Shown: positions 11,392-24,016 of the stretch, piece by piece
Position numbering within the stretch: position 1 is the stretch's first letter
Layout: each line of letters opens with the position of its first letter
Assembly: GCA_964304625.1 (NCBI GenBank)
Contig: OZ199838.1
Location: 5,358,345 to 5,422,344 of the forward strand
DNA: 64,000 nt
DNA from: Kudoa neothunni
Lineage: Eukaryota > Animalia > Cnidaria
Reading direction: 5' to 3'
Position numbers and translations under genes: made by a program
The notes under the pieces: generated by a model
Told to the model about the DNA's origin: nothing
What the model saw: the letters and a program-made list of their open reading frames with translations, nothing else
The model's database searches: none

Positions 11392-14300
11392 TTATAGATA
11401 AGAAGTTGAGGACATTTTACTAAAAATATCATCTCCAAATGCTGAGGTGTTTAATTCGATGGAGGTTTCGTTGGTGAATGTACTGTGGGAGTATGGTTCG
11501 GGAATTGTATCATTTGATTGAGTGTGTTTCCACCATTGGCCACTATTCGACGATAACTCGTTGTAGCCGGTAATGAGAAATGTTTTGCTTTCGAAACTTT
11601 CAAACTTTAAAATTTTATGAGGGTTAATGTTGTAGTTGGAAACATTTTCAATCAGATCCAGGGACGATTGACTGATGAGTATACATTGTGGTGTTCCGTG
11701 TTGTTCCATTTTTTTGTGCTATAGAAACCGATTCTCCAAACAAGCAATACCTAGGCATTGTGTCTCCCACGATGCCAGCAGCAACAGGACCAGTATGAAT
11801 GCCGATACGAATTTTTAATTTGTATTGGCTGTCGAGATGGATCCCCAGCTTATCGAATGAGAAATTTTCCACAGCATTCAATATGTTAAGAGCCATTTCA
11901 CATATTTCGGTAGCATGTCGACCTCCTTTACGTACCGGAAGACCAGACACAGCCATGTATGCATCGCCAATAGTTTCAACTTTGAAAACATTGTATAAAG
12001 CTACAATTTCATCAAATTGTGTGTACAGTTCATGTAGTATTTGTGAAACTTGAAAGGGGCTAATATTGGAGCACAACGAAGTGAAACCTACAATATCACT
12101 AAAATAGATCGTAACTTGGTCGAAAAGTTCAGGTTCCACCGGCAGTCCTCTAATCAAATAAGATATAATTGGTTTTGGAAACATTCTACAAAGTAGCTGT
12201 TCAGCTTTTTTCTTATCATTTAGTAGCTGGCCAGATTTCTCTCCAATAAGACTGTTGAGATTATTCGAATGAATTGTTTAATAGATTCATAATATTGTCG
12301 AAAATATTTGGTTTCACTCCATTCTTTGATAGTGGTGATTTGAGGAAGTATTGAACTTTTAGAAATGAGGGGCGTTTGTCTGGGTGTGGGTTTAGGCACA
12401 GTTTCATCAACGGGATCAAATGTTGCATGCCTTCAGTATCATTGACAATTTGGAAGGGATATTTCTTGTGATTTTGTTTGATTCTGTAATTGCGAATTAT
12501 TTTTGATAGAATTTTGCATGCATTTTTCTTAGAGTTATAATTGAAGGGCCCATCCAGAGTAATCATCTCCTGGAGTATGACTCCGAAACTGTAGATATCT
12601 GCTTTTTGGTAGCGGCTTTTTGTGTTGTTATTTTTGAGTGATACATTGGTGATTAGTTCCGGAGCACACCATAGTGATTGTAAGCATTCACAAATCTTAC
12701 CATTACAACAGTACGTTGTATTGTTAGTAGGTATAAAAACGGTGTCAACATCTCGAAAAGCCACTTTATTGTTGAGCGAATTAAACGATAAGTTACTGTA
12801 ATCTTCACACTTCTAAATAAAAAGTATTAAAATTTTCTGAATAGACAAAAGTTATTAGCACAGATATTAAGAGTAAAAAAATTATCACATTTTAGATAAA
12901 CTAATGATAATAAAACTTACTAATGGAAAATCGCTATAATCGGTAAAGGAGCTAGAACTTGAGTCGGAGCTGCTACTTCCAAGTGTAAAGGTCTCAATTT
13001 TTCTCATCCCATAATCCGATATTTTTAGACACCAAGGTTCTTCTACATAGCAACATTTTGATGTGAGTTTTCCATGATAATGAAATAACGAACTATGCAG
13101 AAATATCATTCCATTCAGTAAATCATTGAGAAGACTACATAAAAATATAAAATCGAGATTTTTTTTGTCCTCTATCAGCACATCATAGAGCGCCCCATAA
13201 CGGGAACGATGATAAACCATACATATCTTATGCGGCTCTATATAACTACCAATAAAGGTGACGAAATTGTTGTGAGTGAGTTGTTTTAAACTGGACAAAT
13301 ACTTGCTTATTTTAACAAAATCAAGAATGTTTTTTCTAACACAACATTTCTCCTGGATTACAATTCTCCTTCCAGCGTACCAGCCGAATCTAATATTCTC
13401 TTCGAGATGCACCGCTTTTGGTATGTCTTTTAGCGTGTACGGCTTTCTACAGAACACATCCAGTATATCATCATAAAATATGACTTTATCAGAGTTTTCT
13501 TCCGTTATGTGGCTATTATCATCCTATAAGAAAATATAAAACTCAAAATTTAGTTTCCAAACAAACAATTATTTGTCATGTGAATAAATAGTCATCAAGT
13601 CTGTAAAAAACATTTAATTTCAAATAACTTCTTAAAAATGAAACATATTTAAATTAGATTTCTTTATCCAATATATCGATATAAAATTTTTGTAAAAAAT
13701 AAATATAGATTAAATTTTTTAAACATTACTTTATATTTAATCAAAAATAATTAAAAACATATTTATACTTTTTGTAAAAATCATTATTAACTGATATTTA
13801 TGGTCAAATACTCAATATAAAAATTATACAAAGATTAATTATTTTAAGTTTTATATAAATTCATTAAAATATTTTTATAAAATAAAAATTACCTCGAATT
13901 CTATAGCTCTTTTGTCGGTTTTCCAAAAAGAGTGTTTATAGTATCGTTTTACAATGTAACATTTGAAATAGCTATACACCGTGAGAAATATCAAGCCCAC
14001 AAACATACTATATATTATGGAGCCAATAATGAATGTTCTTATAAATTGGTCTTTTGAGAAAATGGATTTTTCAATTGAGAAATAAGGTTGCACATCATCT
14101 GCAATAATGAAGTCATTGCTTTTGGCAGGAATCGATTCGCCGATATTTTTAGGTATTGGAGAATTTTTAAATATATTTTTGAAAAGAGTTTTTACATAAT
14201 TGTAGTGATTCTTGATTCCTTCTAACTTTTCATTCTTTTGGAAATGATTGCCGATTGTGATTTTATTCCACAATCGAATATCATATCGGTCAAAGAGCTT

Positions 14301-15446
14301 GAAAAATTTGTCGAAATCAATCCTGCATGCCTGGTAAGTTTCATTTTTACTCATAAACTCACAATTATTGAAATAATGTGTAGTTAACGAATCTATTCTA
14401 TATTTGATTATGGATATTTGGAACACCCTTGTATATGTATCGAAACTGGTTTGAGCTCGTTTATTTTTTCTACTCATCTTTTTGATAACATCATTCAGGT
14501 AATCAAAATTGATAGAATAATGAGATTTATAATTTAAAACTTTTCCATAGCTCACAATTTTTTGAAGTAGTAACAGCCGATTGTATTGGTTATTTTTTGT
14601 TTCGAAGTTTTCATGGTGAATTGTGGAGTTCATGTATTTTTGGGGGTAATTTTCAAATATTGTGTCTGATTTTGGGAGTTTTTCAAAACATTTCAGTGAT
14701 TTTTTTATCACTGAATCATCGGACAACAAAAAGTAACTGTAGATTGGATTAATTGGAGTGATGGTTGAAAAATTGCTGCAAAGTATTGAAGAAGATAACG
14801 ATAGGAATGATTTTTTGGATAGCTTTAGCCATGAAAACTGACTGTTCTCAGCCAAATAACCATTCAACAAATGTAACATATGCATTACACCATTCATATA
14901 TTTTTTGTCATCATAATAAAATAACAATTTTGGAGAAATTTCATTGGTTGATTCCATGTAGTTTAAAAGTATTTCCGCCGGACGTGCACCGTTGAATATT
15001 TTTCTAAATAGAGTTTGTTTTATATTGTTCATTGAATCTTTAACAGTCATCAGCCGACCTTCATACATATATGTGATTTTGGTACCAGTTAGTTCAATTA
15101 GTATATTTTTACGTTGATGACGATGACTGAACTTCTTCGGCGAGGACTGGTCGTTATTAGTTAGGCATTCATTGATTGTTTCAAGCATAGATTCGGCATG
15201 ATTGTTAATGTAGATATAAGTTGTTGGCGAATTTTCAGACGTATTTTCAAAAAATACGTTTTGTGGTTTACAGCTCCATTTAACCACATCTAAATTTTGA
15301 TGTTTAACAAAAAAATTGATATCTCTTTCCGAAACAATCCAATGAAACGCCAAGTTTGAGTTATCGATAACGTCGTTATTGGTCATTAGGAGCACATCAC
15401 TACTCATGAGCATCACAATAAACGCTAAAATTATCAATACATCCAT
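11392..15446 (-). CDS. Receptor (transmembrane) guanylyl cyclase: signal peptide, divergent ectodomain, TM, kinase-homology domain, cyclase domain
   Basis: Exons ~15446-13893, 13523-12921, 12812-11392 with GT-AG borders; motifs HGKLTSKCC, KISDYG, LWCAPE, FSDIVGF, KVETIGDAY, RIGIHTGP, MPRYCLFG. Two apparent +1 frameshifts (~12272, ~11712) are probably errors. Confidence 0.9.
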
Positions 15447-15999
15447 CCAGTATGTACCCCCAATTCGTGTACAGCACAGTTTAACTGGACTGGTTGTGCT
15501 CAATCGTAATCATATTAGAACAGTGAATATAATCTGAATACAAATCTATTATAATTGTATATTTTTCTAATTTAATGACCAAAAAAACTGGCATCGAACA
15601 AATATATTTTCTTTATAAATATTACTTAGAAATAAACATAAAACGAATGTTTGCTTACGTTAAATTATACTTCGGAAACAAATTACTCGTGGCGTTGTCA
15701 ATTGAAATGTTTAATAACTCTGAATAGGTCAATTTCAATGCCGTGATATCTCTATATATTATTCCTTTCACCATAAAGATATGGTAATGACCTTCGTTTT
15801 TGTGGATTATTGAAGATATTAAACAATTAAATTTAGTAATTTTTTGAACTTAAAAATTTTATGAAAACTTTAATCTAATATAAATTAATTTAGTAGATAG
15901 GACTTACAGAAAAAATATTCTTTTCTCCCTAAATATGTATTTTTAATTAATATAACATTTATTTTCTAACACATAAATTTAATGAGTATAAAAAATTAA

Positions 16000-18395
16000 G
16001 GCACTGGCTACTGCTACGGATCCGTATAATCCGCATGCGGGGGTTGTCTATTGCTACGGGAGGGAATAACTCCAAATCTACAAACTCACATAAAATTTGA
16101 AATTTGTAATCAATCATTTTTGGCCTAACATAATTAACCGTTTGGGAGAAAATTTGAGCTATTGAAAAATACAACATTATTGTAAGGAGTTTTGGATTAA
16201 AAAATAGTTTTAGCTCATCTTTTTAACGTTTAGTAAAATTAATATGCAAAATTTCTTGCGTAAAATCAGCTAATAAGGATAATACTCAAATGAAATAAAC
16301 AATTTTGGCTTCCTTTAATATGAGCGAGCGCCAAGAAACGTTTTTAATTTTGTGGCAACTGCTCACTTATATTAGATAGGCGGCATATTTATATAATTTG
16401 AAAATTTAAAACAGTTAGATAGTAAATTATTAGTTTACGAAATGTATTAAGCGCATGAGTTAGAAATGTTGTATTAGACTGATTAGATACAATTGTTGTG
16501 TTCAAATCAAACTTTTTTTAATAAACAGTTGGTAATTTAAATAATTAGTAATATTATTTTTTCATACGTTTTTTTTTTCTAGAAAAAAGAAATGAGTGTT
16601 AGCCTACGTTGTTTAGGTCATCCGATTGTTTTCACTCTCAGTGGGAATGATAGCCCCAACTAATATTTGGTAACATTTTAATGAATTTATCTCAAGTATC
16701 AGTTGTTATTTCGTATTATTTTCGATTAACTTCCTTTGAAATATTTGTATTACACAAAGTTTACTGGTAACAGTGGGTATTTGAAGAGGCAATTCCCAAA
16801 AATTCCCTTACTTTATGTTCTCAACTGCAACAACGATCCATAATTTTTCATTCAAAATAGGGGAGCATTCTAAAATTTATGTAATTGCCTTCGTTAACAC
16901 AAATTTTCAACGAAATTGTAGAGTAAGTCGCATTAGATGATCAACCAAAAATAATCAAGTAACAACATTGTTTTCTTTTTTACTTTTAACATCACAATTA
17001 AACTTGTGAGTTGGCATACTGATAGTCGTAAATACATCCATGTTGGTTATCCCTCTTGTTTTCAAATTGTGTAGGGATTTCACTGTGATATTTTTACTCG
17101 TTTCATAGCTTAACATTTTTTGTATTCGATTTTTATTAGATCCAAGTGATATTAATTCATAAAGATGATTATTCGAGAAATCGTCTTTTCGTTGATGAGG
17201 TAGAAATTTGTATATCAAAGCATTACAAAGACGATCGTGTATCTCATTTAAAAATATGATTATGAATTATTGTCCATATTGTTACTAACTCAAAAAGTAA
17301 TGCTAGAGAGGCAGTTACCTCTGTATGTTGACGATTTTTGTTACCTTTAAGCTTTCTTTTTTTTATAAAGAGTCGAAAACAATACAAACCTTATTTTGTA
17401 GTAAATTAAAGGTTCATTAAAATGTTATAGAATTTTATATTGGGAATTTTGTATTTTCCGCAATTCCATCATTTTTAATTTGTTGGAAAAAAGATGTTCA
17501 TAACGATTAATATGACTATATAATGAGTTATATAAGTCAACTCTCAATCCAGGAGAGGATTCCATCGTACAAATGACGCTACAATGAAAACTTTGATTCG
17601 CACACAGGTTACTGTATTCAAGAATACAAAACGTGTTTCCTTCTATTGTGGACATTAATTTCAGTTAACGGATTGCCGTAAAATTTAAGTTTTTTAAGTT
17701 TTAATGTTATTAAAACTAATAATTTATCTATATTTGTAACAATAATATTTAAGAAGATGAATTATGCTCACCGCTATTTAATTGCACACAGTAAGCTTTT
17801 ATATTGATTTTAACTATAAAATTAAACATTACTTTAAATATACTTACTGAATTCACTATATAGAATGTTCTAACCGTTTTCTTTGAATAACGGTAATATT
17901 GAATATACTTTGTAGATATGTAATAATACATATAAATATAATCTGTAAATAAAATATATATATATATATATATATATAACAAATACAATTATTTCATTTT
18001 ATAAAAACCTAGTTAAGCATATTTTAACTGATCACATTAGCTGCGCCAGATTAAACGGATTAAGTACAATCAGAGGTAATAGGTTGGACGTTTTATACAT
18101 AAAAAACAACATCTGATATTTTCTTTTTTAATTAAAGAAACCTTTATTAGTAAAAAATTAAAATATTTATTTAACATTACTTATATCAAAACGTAAAACA
18201 CGAAATTTATAGTCACAATATTAGAAATTTCAATAGCTCAAATTTTCTCCCAAACGGTTAATTATGTTAGGCCAAAAATGATTGATTACAAATTTCAAAT
18301 TTTATGTGAGTTTGTAGATTTGGAGTTATTCCCTCCCGTAGCAATAGACAACCCCCGCATGCGGATTATACGGATCCGCAGCAATAGCCACTGCC
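16000..18395 (-). mobile_element. Mutator-like element (MULE) with 168-bp TIRs and decayed transposase fragments
   Basis: TIRs 16000-16167 and 18228-18395 (GGCACTGGCTA...); flanks AAAAATTAA on both sides (right A-run expanded); internal minus-strand fragments (STYRGNCLSSITF...IYKFLPHQRK...KSLHNLK) resemble FAR1/MULE N-terminal domains. Confidence 0.75.
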
Positions 18396-18619
18396 AAAAA
18401 AAATTAATTTGAAATATTATATATACCAAATTTTTCATATTAAATTTTTTTTTAAATATCTTAAAACTTAATATACATTCTATAAAATGTACGGATAGAT
18501 ATGTAATATTATATATTGCAAAGTTTAATGTTTGCTCATCGTTGTAAATCTTTACAGAGACTACACTCATTTCAAGTTATGCAAAAATTCTTGGACGCAT
18601 AGGAAACCCGGGTAAACCA

Positions 18620-18892
18620 CAGAATAGGGGTGAACTCAGTTAAAATCGGAATTCTCCATACACATCCCCCAAAAATTGCGATTTTCCACAGTTAATGTTG
18701 ATGCTTTTATCCTAGATGGCGTCTTCGTAATAAAAAAACAAACCAAGAAACTTTAATATCGACTTACAGAGATTTGGAATGCTTCCAAAAACTCGCAGAT
18801 GTCGTGGGTGTGCGAAAAATAGACTAATTAGCAACATTGATTTTTTATATGTGTGCGAAGAATTCCGAATTTAACCGAGGCGTCCTATCCTG
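18620..18892. mobile_element. Small MITE, probably Tc1/mariner superfamily
   Basis: ~45-bp imperfect inverted repeats CAGAATAGGGG...CGGAATTCTCCATACACAT / ATGTGTGCGAAGAATTCCG...CCTATCCTG followed by TA. Confidence 0.55.
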
Positions 18893-19117
18893 TACTTCAG
18901 TGAGGAGACCCCTCTCTTTTTGTGTTTATTTTTATCGCCAACAAACAAAAAAGGGCAGGGGGGTATTATTAGCCCTAAATAACATTTACGCATGTATGAT
19001 ATCCATTCGTAATCTCAGCAACTTCCACTTAAAGTTTATGTATAAAGTTTTTTTTTATAATGTACTGTAGTTACTTATTTTTTTCCATTGCTACCGCTCT
19101 TAGGACCAACAATAAAT

Positions 19118-19160
19118 ACAGTAGTGCAAGGATATTGCGTAGCAGGGGTACTACGCACTT
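19118..19160. mobile_element. Solitary pogo/Tigger TIR related to the 24017-25967 element
   Basis: TA-CAGTAGTGCAAGGATATTGCGTAGCAGGGGTACTAC matches the reverse complement of 25932-25967. Confidence 0.6.
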
Positions 19161-20598
19161 TTGGATATTATAACAAGATTTCCTATTGATAATACATAAT
19201 ATTGTTATTTATGTAATAAACATAAAGATTTTTAATTAAAAGAAGTGCGAAATATGTTATCCCATAAATTTTTTCTAAACTTATGAAACCCTAAAGATTT
19301 TCTCTCCTTTTTCAATACACTTTATTGAAATTATAATTGATTTATATAATCAATATTACGTTCATACATTAATTTATTAAATGTACTTATCATACATTAT
19401 CTAATATATATAAGGAAATTTTCCCCTCTTAAATTTCAAATTACATAGTTATTATATATAAGGTGCGTAATAAGCGTAATTGACTACATATTATCCGGTT
19501 ACTAAAGTAATCCTTAGCCCTCGCAATACGCAGACTCAGATGAATTACCGTTTGCCGCAGTAGTTCGGCGCATATTCTATCGGGATACGAGAGTTTTCTT
19601 CTAATTATAGCTGTATTAATAACGTATAATTGTTTTACTATTAAACACTGGACAAGAAAATATTGTATAACAACAGAGCTAATATTCGTGACCTTATAAT
19701 TAGAAAATCGACTACTTTTCATCGACTATAGATAAAAAGTAGTCTAATTTATTTATAACAAATTAAGGAATTAAGATTATTTTAGAAATGTAATTTTTTG
19801 GTTTTTTAAAACATTACATAGGAGAAGTAAACAATATTATAAAATAAGAAACTAACTGACGCTAAACATAAAAATATGTTGTTATGAGGATAAAAATCGC
19901 CATTCAACATAACTTAAAAGAACACAAATAAATTGAAGCCAATCTAATTATATGAAAAATACCAAAAGATCCTGGTAGAGTTAGGCAGCTCTTTAGCTTC
20001 GAATAAGGAGAAATCTTTGATTGATAAACGACAAAATAATAGCTTCAAAAGTTATGATCGATTTAAAAAGTTGATTTATAAGTTTTTGTAATATTTAAAC
20101 TTTTATTTAAAAATTATTTTTATTAAGAACCAATTATTTGATGAAAAGAATATAGCGTTATGTGTTTACACATATAAGTGCGGACTTAAATCGTTTGGAC
20201 AATATTATTGATATTATTTAAATTTTATTGATGATGAATAGCATAATCGATCATCAAAATATCAGTTTTATAATTAGTTTTCTTGACGAATAAATGAAAA
20301 CTATTTTCTACCTTTAGAATATTGAAATTATTGTCTACTCACCATTGTAATAATCAATATTACAGACTTATGATATTTCGAATCAGGTACTAGAAAGGTA
20401 TTTATGACTTAATATTTCTGCCTTCGTTTGAGTCGATTCAATTATAAAATAAATAGATCAACTATAGTTCAATATAGTATAAACTATATATTGATTATTA
20501 AATATATAATGGGATGGTGGTAAATAAATTAATTTTAATTAACTCGGAATAATAACTAGATTTGTCTCAAAGCTAACAAGCTATATTGAATACGAGAT

Positions 20599-22079
20599 AT
20601 GAATAAAACAAATTTTTTCATTTTAACTGTATGTTTTGAAACCGTATTGATGTTATGATTTATGTCTTAGTTGTTGTTACCTACCAAGCAACCAATTCTC
20701 ATCTATAAATGGTTCACCTAACAACCTACCGGCTAATATAAAGACACGGTTTCGTAATAGCGGATACACTCCAGGATCTTCTACGGAAGAATGCAAAGCG
20801 TACATTAAAACCAAGCGAGACTTTAAAGAAGCATACGAAAAGAATAGAGTAAGATTGGAACATATCGAAACATTAATAGTACAGAGAAAACCATCGTTGG
20901 ACCGTTACCTCGCTGGAAAAGAAAAGATCACAAAGTTTTTGAATAATTATCCAATGACTTTTTATGAAAGCATAACTAAAACCCAGATTTTTCTATGTTT
21001 CTTAGTGATGAATATATAGAAACTCTTCGCAACTTTGAACAGTGGCAAAATACAACTGGCTATACATTCTATTTATGTTGAAGCTTGTTTCCATATCTAC
21101 GGGCATCATATGGATCGAATCAAACTCGCGATGAAGTCGGCAGAATCTGACAATTTTTTCAGAACTACTATTGAAAAAAAATTATGACATCTTCGAACAC
21201 ATGACTTATAGTTGTAGAATACAAGATCCTATAGATGCAGCTGAACAACTTGACACTAAAGTAAACGAGGTTATCAATAAATTAAGAGAAGAATTGGAAA
21301 AACAAACTCTTTTGTATATGACTAAACTCCAAGAGGATCTTCAGACCTCGTTAACATCCTATTCCAAAGAAAACATTCAGACTTTGACTAACAGTCAGCA
21401 GTCATTAAGCGATAATTTGAACTCTAAAAGTGTGAGCTCCGTGGGTAAATTTCCAATCGACGCACTCAATAGGATAATAATAAAATTGGAAAAACTTATC
21501 ATTCTGTTTAATGGCTACATATCTAACGATATCATTGAAATTATCCAACGAAAAATTGATTCCCTTAAACGATTAATTGAAAGATAAAATCAGTTGAATA
21601 AAGAAAATAACTCCGATGCGACCGATATGGAGCATCCAGAAACATTAAAATCTCTTAAAGAATTCCTCACAATCAATTCGAATGTATTGTCCGATTTTGG
21701 AAAATTCAATGATTCCACTGATGATAACTTTAAAACTTTTACTTCCGCGGATGGAGCCGACATAGAACAAACTGACAAAGCTATAGAAAGTTCCATCAAA
21801 GAACCAGCTAAAGATACATACAATAAAGAGGAACAATCTGGATCAGAGCTAGATTCGACCGAACAATCCAACAATTTTGATGATAATGACAATGTGAAAT
21901 ATGATTCTATTAAATGGGATGATAAAAATGTTTCTTCGAAAGACTTTTATAATGTGATTATCGTATTCGCTGCAGTGTCTGCAATTTTTCTGATTATTGG
22001 AGGTGCTTCTATATTTTATAAATACAAAATAAGGAAGGCAATCTACCAAGAATGCAACAATGTCTATGTCAAACCATAA
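20599..22079 (+). pseudogene. Short paralog of the surface protein (signal peptide, head, TM, tail; stalk absent)
   Basis: ATG at 20599 (MNKTNFFILT), GT-AG intron 20629-20670; 20907-21436 near-identical to 1-669 apart from a 141-bp deletion; then joins to the equivalent of ~5352; in-frame TAA at 21585-21587; several 1-nt indels; ends NVYVKP like copy 1. Confidence 0.8.
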
Positions 22080-23554
22080 TTATGGTTCGATAGTATACGT
22101 TGACAATATTATTATTATGATGAATTTTAGTTTATTTATATAACACACGAATAAGTATTATTATATCGATTCCTTTGTATTCTTTGTGCGCGCTTCAAAC
22201 ATCCATAAATATTCTTATGTAAGTTTATAGCGCTAAATCTTTTAGCGCTAACTACAGAGGAAATTAGCCATTACTAAGTTATGGTGATTTTTTACGTTTA
22301 AAGATCAAGATTCCTATAATTTACAGTAACTTATGGATCGTATGTGATACCACAAAAACATAAATTAATCAATGTTTGAATAATTTAACATATGTCCTAT
22401 TAACTTTATAACATTGATAAGTTATTATATCAGTTTGACTTTAGAAAACTCAAATTATAACAAGTTTTTATGCATTTTATGAATCGGGCGCAATTATGAC
22501 TCATACGTCAACAGCTGATAGGATCAAATTCAAACTTTATCCTAAAGGTTGAATCTATAAAATATTATCAGAAAGTAGAAAATAAACCAAACGCTAAATA
22601 TGAAACATTTAAGATCACTGATGTAAAAGCATAATCTTCTTCGATTATTATTATAAACAATAAAAATTAATTGTTTTAACATTATAACGATGGCTATTTT
22701 CCAAATCAAGAAAAACTCTCAACAAGGAAGAAATATGAATATTGAACTATACGTGAAGGAGTGAATAGCACCGATGAATGTAAAAAATATACAAGATTCC
22801 TAATCAGTTATTATCAGTAAAGCTAATGAATTCCTCGAGTATGTCTCATAAGAAATACCTGTATCTGCATCTCCTGGCTGATTTATGACTTTATAAAAAA
22901 TTCGACATTTTTCTTAATTCTATTTTTTGTGAATCTTCCAATTTCATACCAAGTTTTATTACACATTTCTTCAATTAATAAACCAAATAAATACGCTAAT
23001 TGGTCAAAATATGACCTAATTTTAATTTTTTTTATTTATTTCTGCACGCGAGAAGTTTTTCGCAAGTAATGAGTAATGATTTTTATTTCCCTTTTGGTTA
23101 CACACGATCCATAGGTTATTGTATTTAAAACAAATGAACATTAATTTAACTGCCTTAGAAATTTACTGAAAAAGTACATTCGAATTGGTAGGGTAATATT
23201 TTTTCTTAAAGTTCGATGTATTTAATAAAACTTTTGATTCCTTCTAAGTGAAATGATTAACATACTATTTCAACTTGAGTTACAATCTTTTTAATGTAAA
23301 ATTATGTTTCGCGTGCTAAATTTGGAATACATTCGGAGGAAGAAATATTAGAAAGTTTTGCAGTACAAAAAATTCATAATATTTATAAATATAAAAAAAT
23401 TGTACAAAGTATATTCATATTCTATAAATACTCATATATTTGTTTATATTTTATAGCATATTGGGTGATTTAATGATAAAACTTGTATAAAGCATAAAAT
23501 ATTATGAAATGTAACAGCTCATGAGAGTAGAAGCTCTTGCAAAGGCAGATGATA

Positions 23555-23790
23555 GGCACTGGCTATTGACACGGAAGTTTTTGATTCCAATTGGCAATTG
23601 CGTATGCGCAATATCCATTTTTAATCCCGGTAACTCCTATTTATAGTTGATCTATACAGTTTATTTGTTAGCATCTCACGTATTAAATTATTTTTGGACA
23701 ATCGCTCCCGCTCCTAGGAGCCAAAATTAATTAAATACAGTCAAAACTATACCTACCTGAATATTATGATCAGTGTCAATAGCCACTTTT
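23555..23790. mobile_element. MULE-type MITE (copy 1)
   Basis: GGCACTGGCTATTGACAC...GTGTCAATAGCCAC; inverted homolog at 53959-54119; terminus shared with the 16000-18395 element. Confidence 0.75.
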
Positions 23791-24016
23791 TTTTTACGTC
23801 AACTTCTCATTTTCAGAACTATTCCATACATAAAAATAAATAAAACTGAAGCTTTTAAAAATATTACAACAGATTGAGTTTTAGCATAATATTTTTCCCT
23901 TGAAGCAGATATATTATATAATGATAATAATGATTTGTAAAATAATACATAACGATATTTCTTATATAACTGTTTAAATTAGTTTCCCAACTTTTGAATA
24001 AATAAATATGTATATA

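Noticed and set aside
11705-12275. Programmed frameshifting or pseudogenisation of the guanylyl cyclase
   Set aside because: Both shifts are single extra bases in short runs, the same pattern seen in essential KRI1 and probably in a small TOR exon; most likely consensus errors.
17954-17978. (TA)n microsatellite
   Set aside because: Ordinary short simple repeat inside a transposon.
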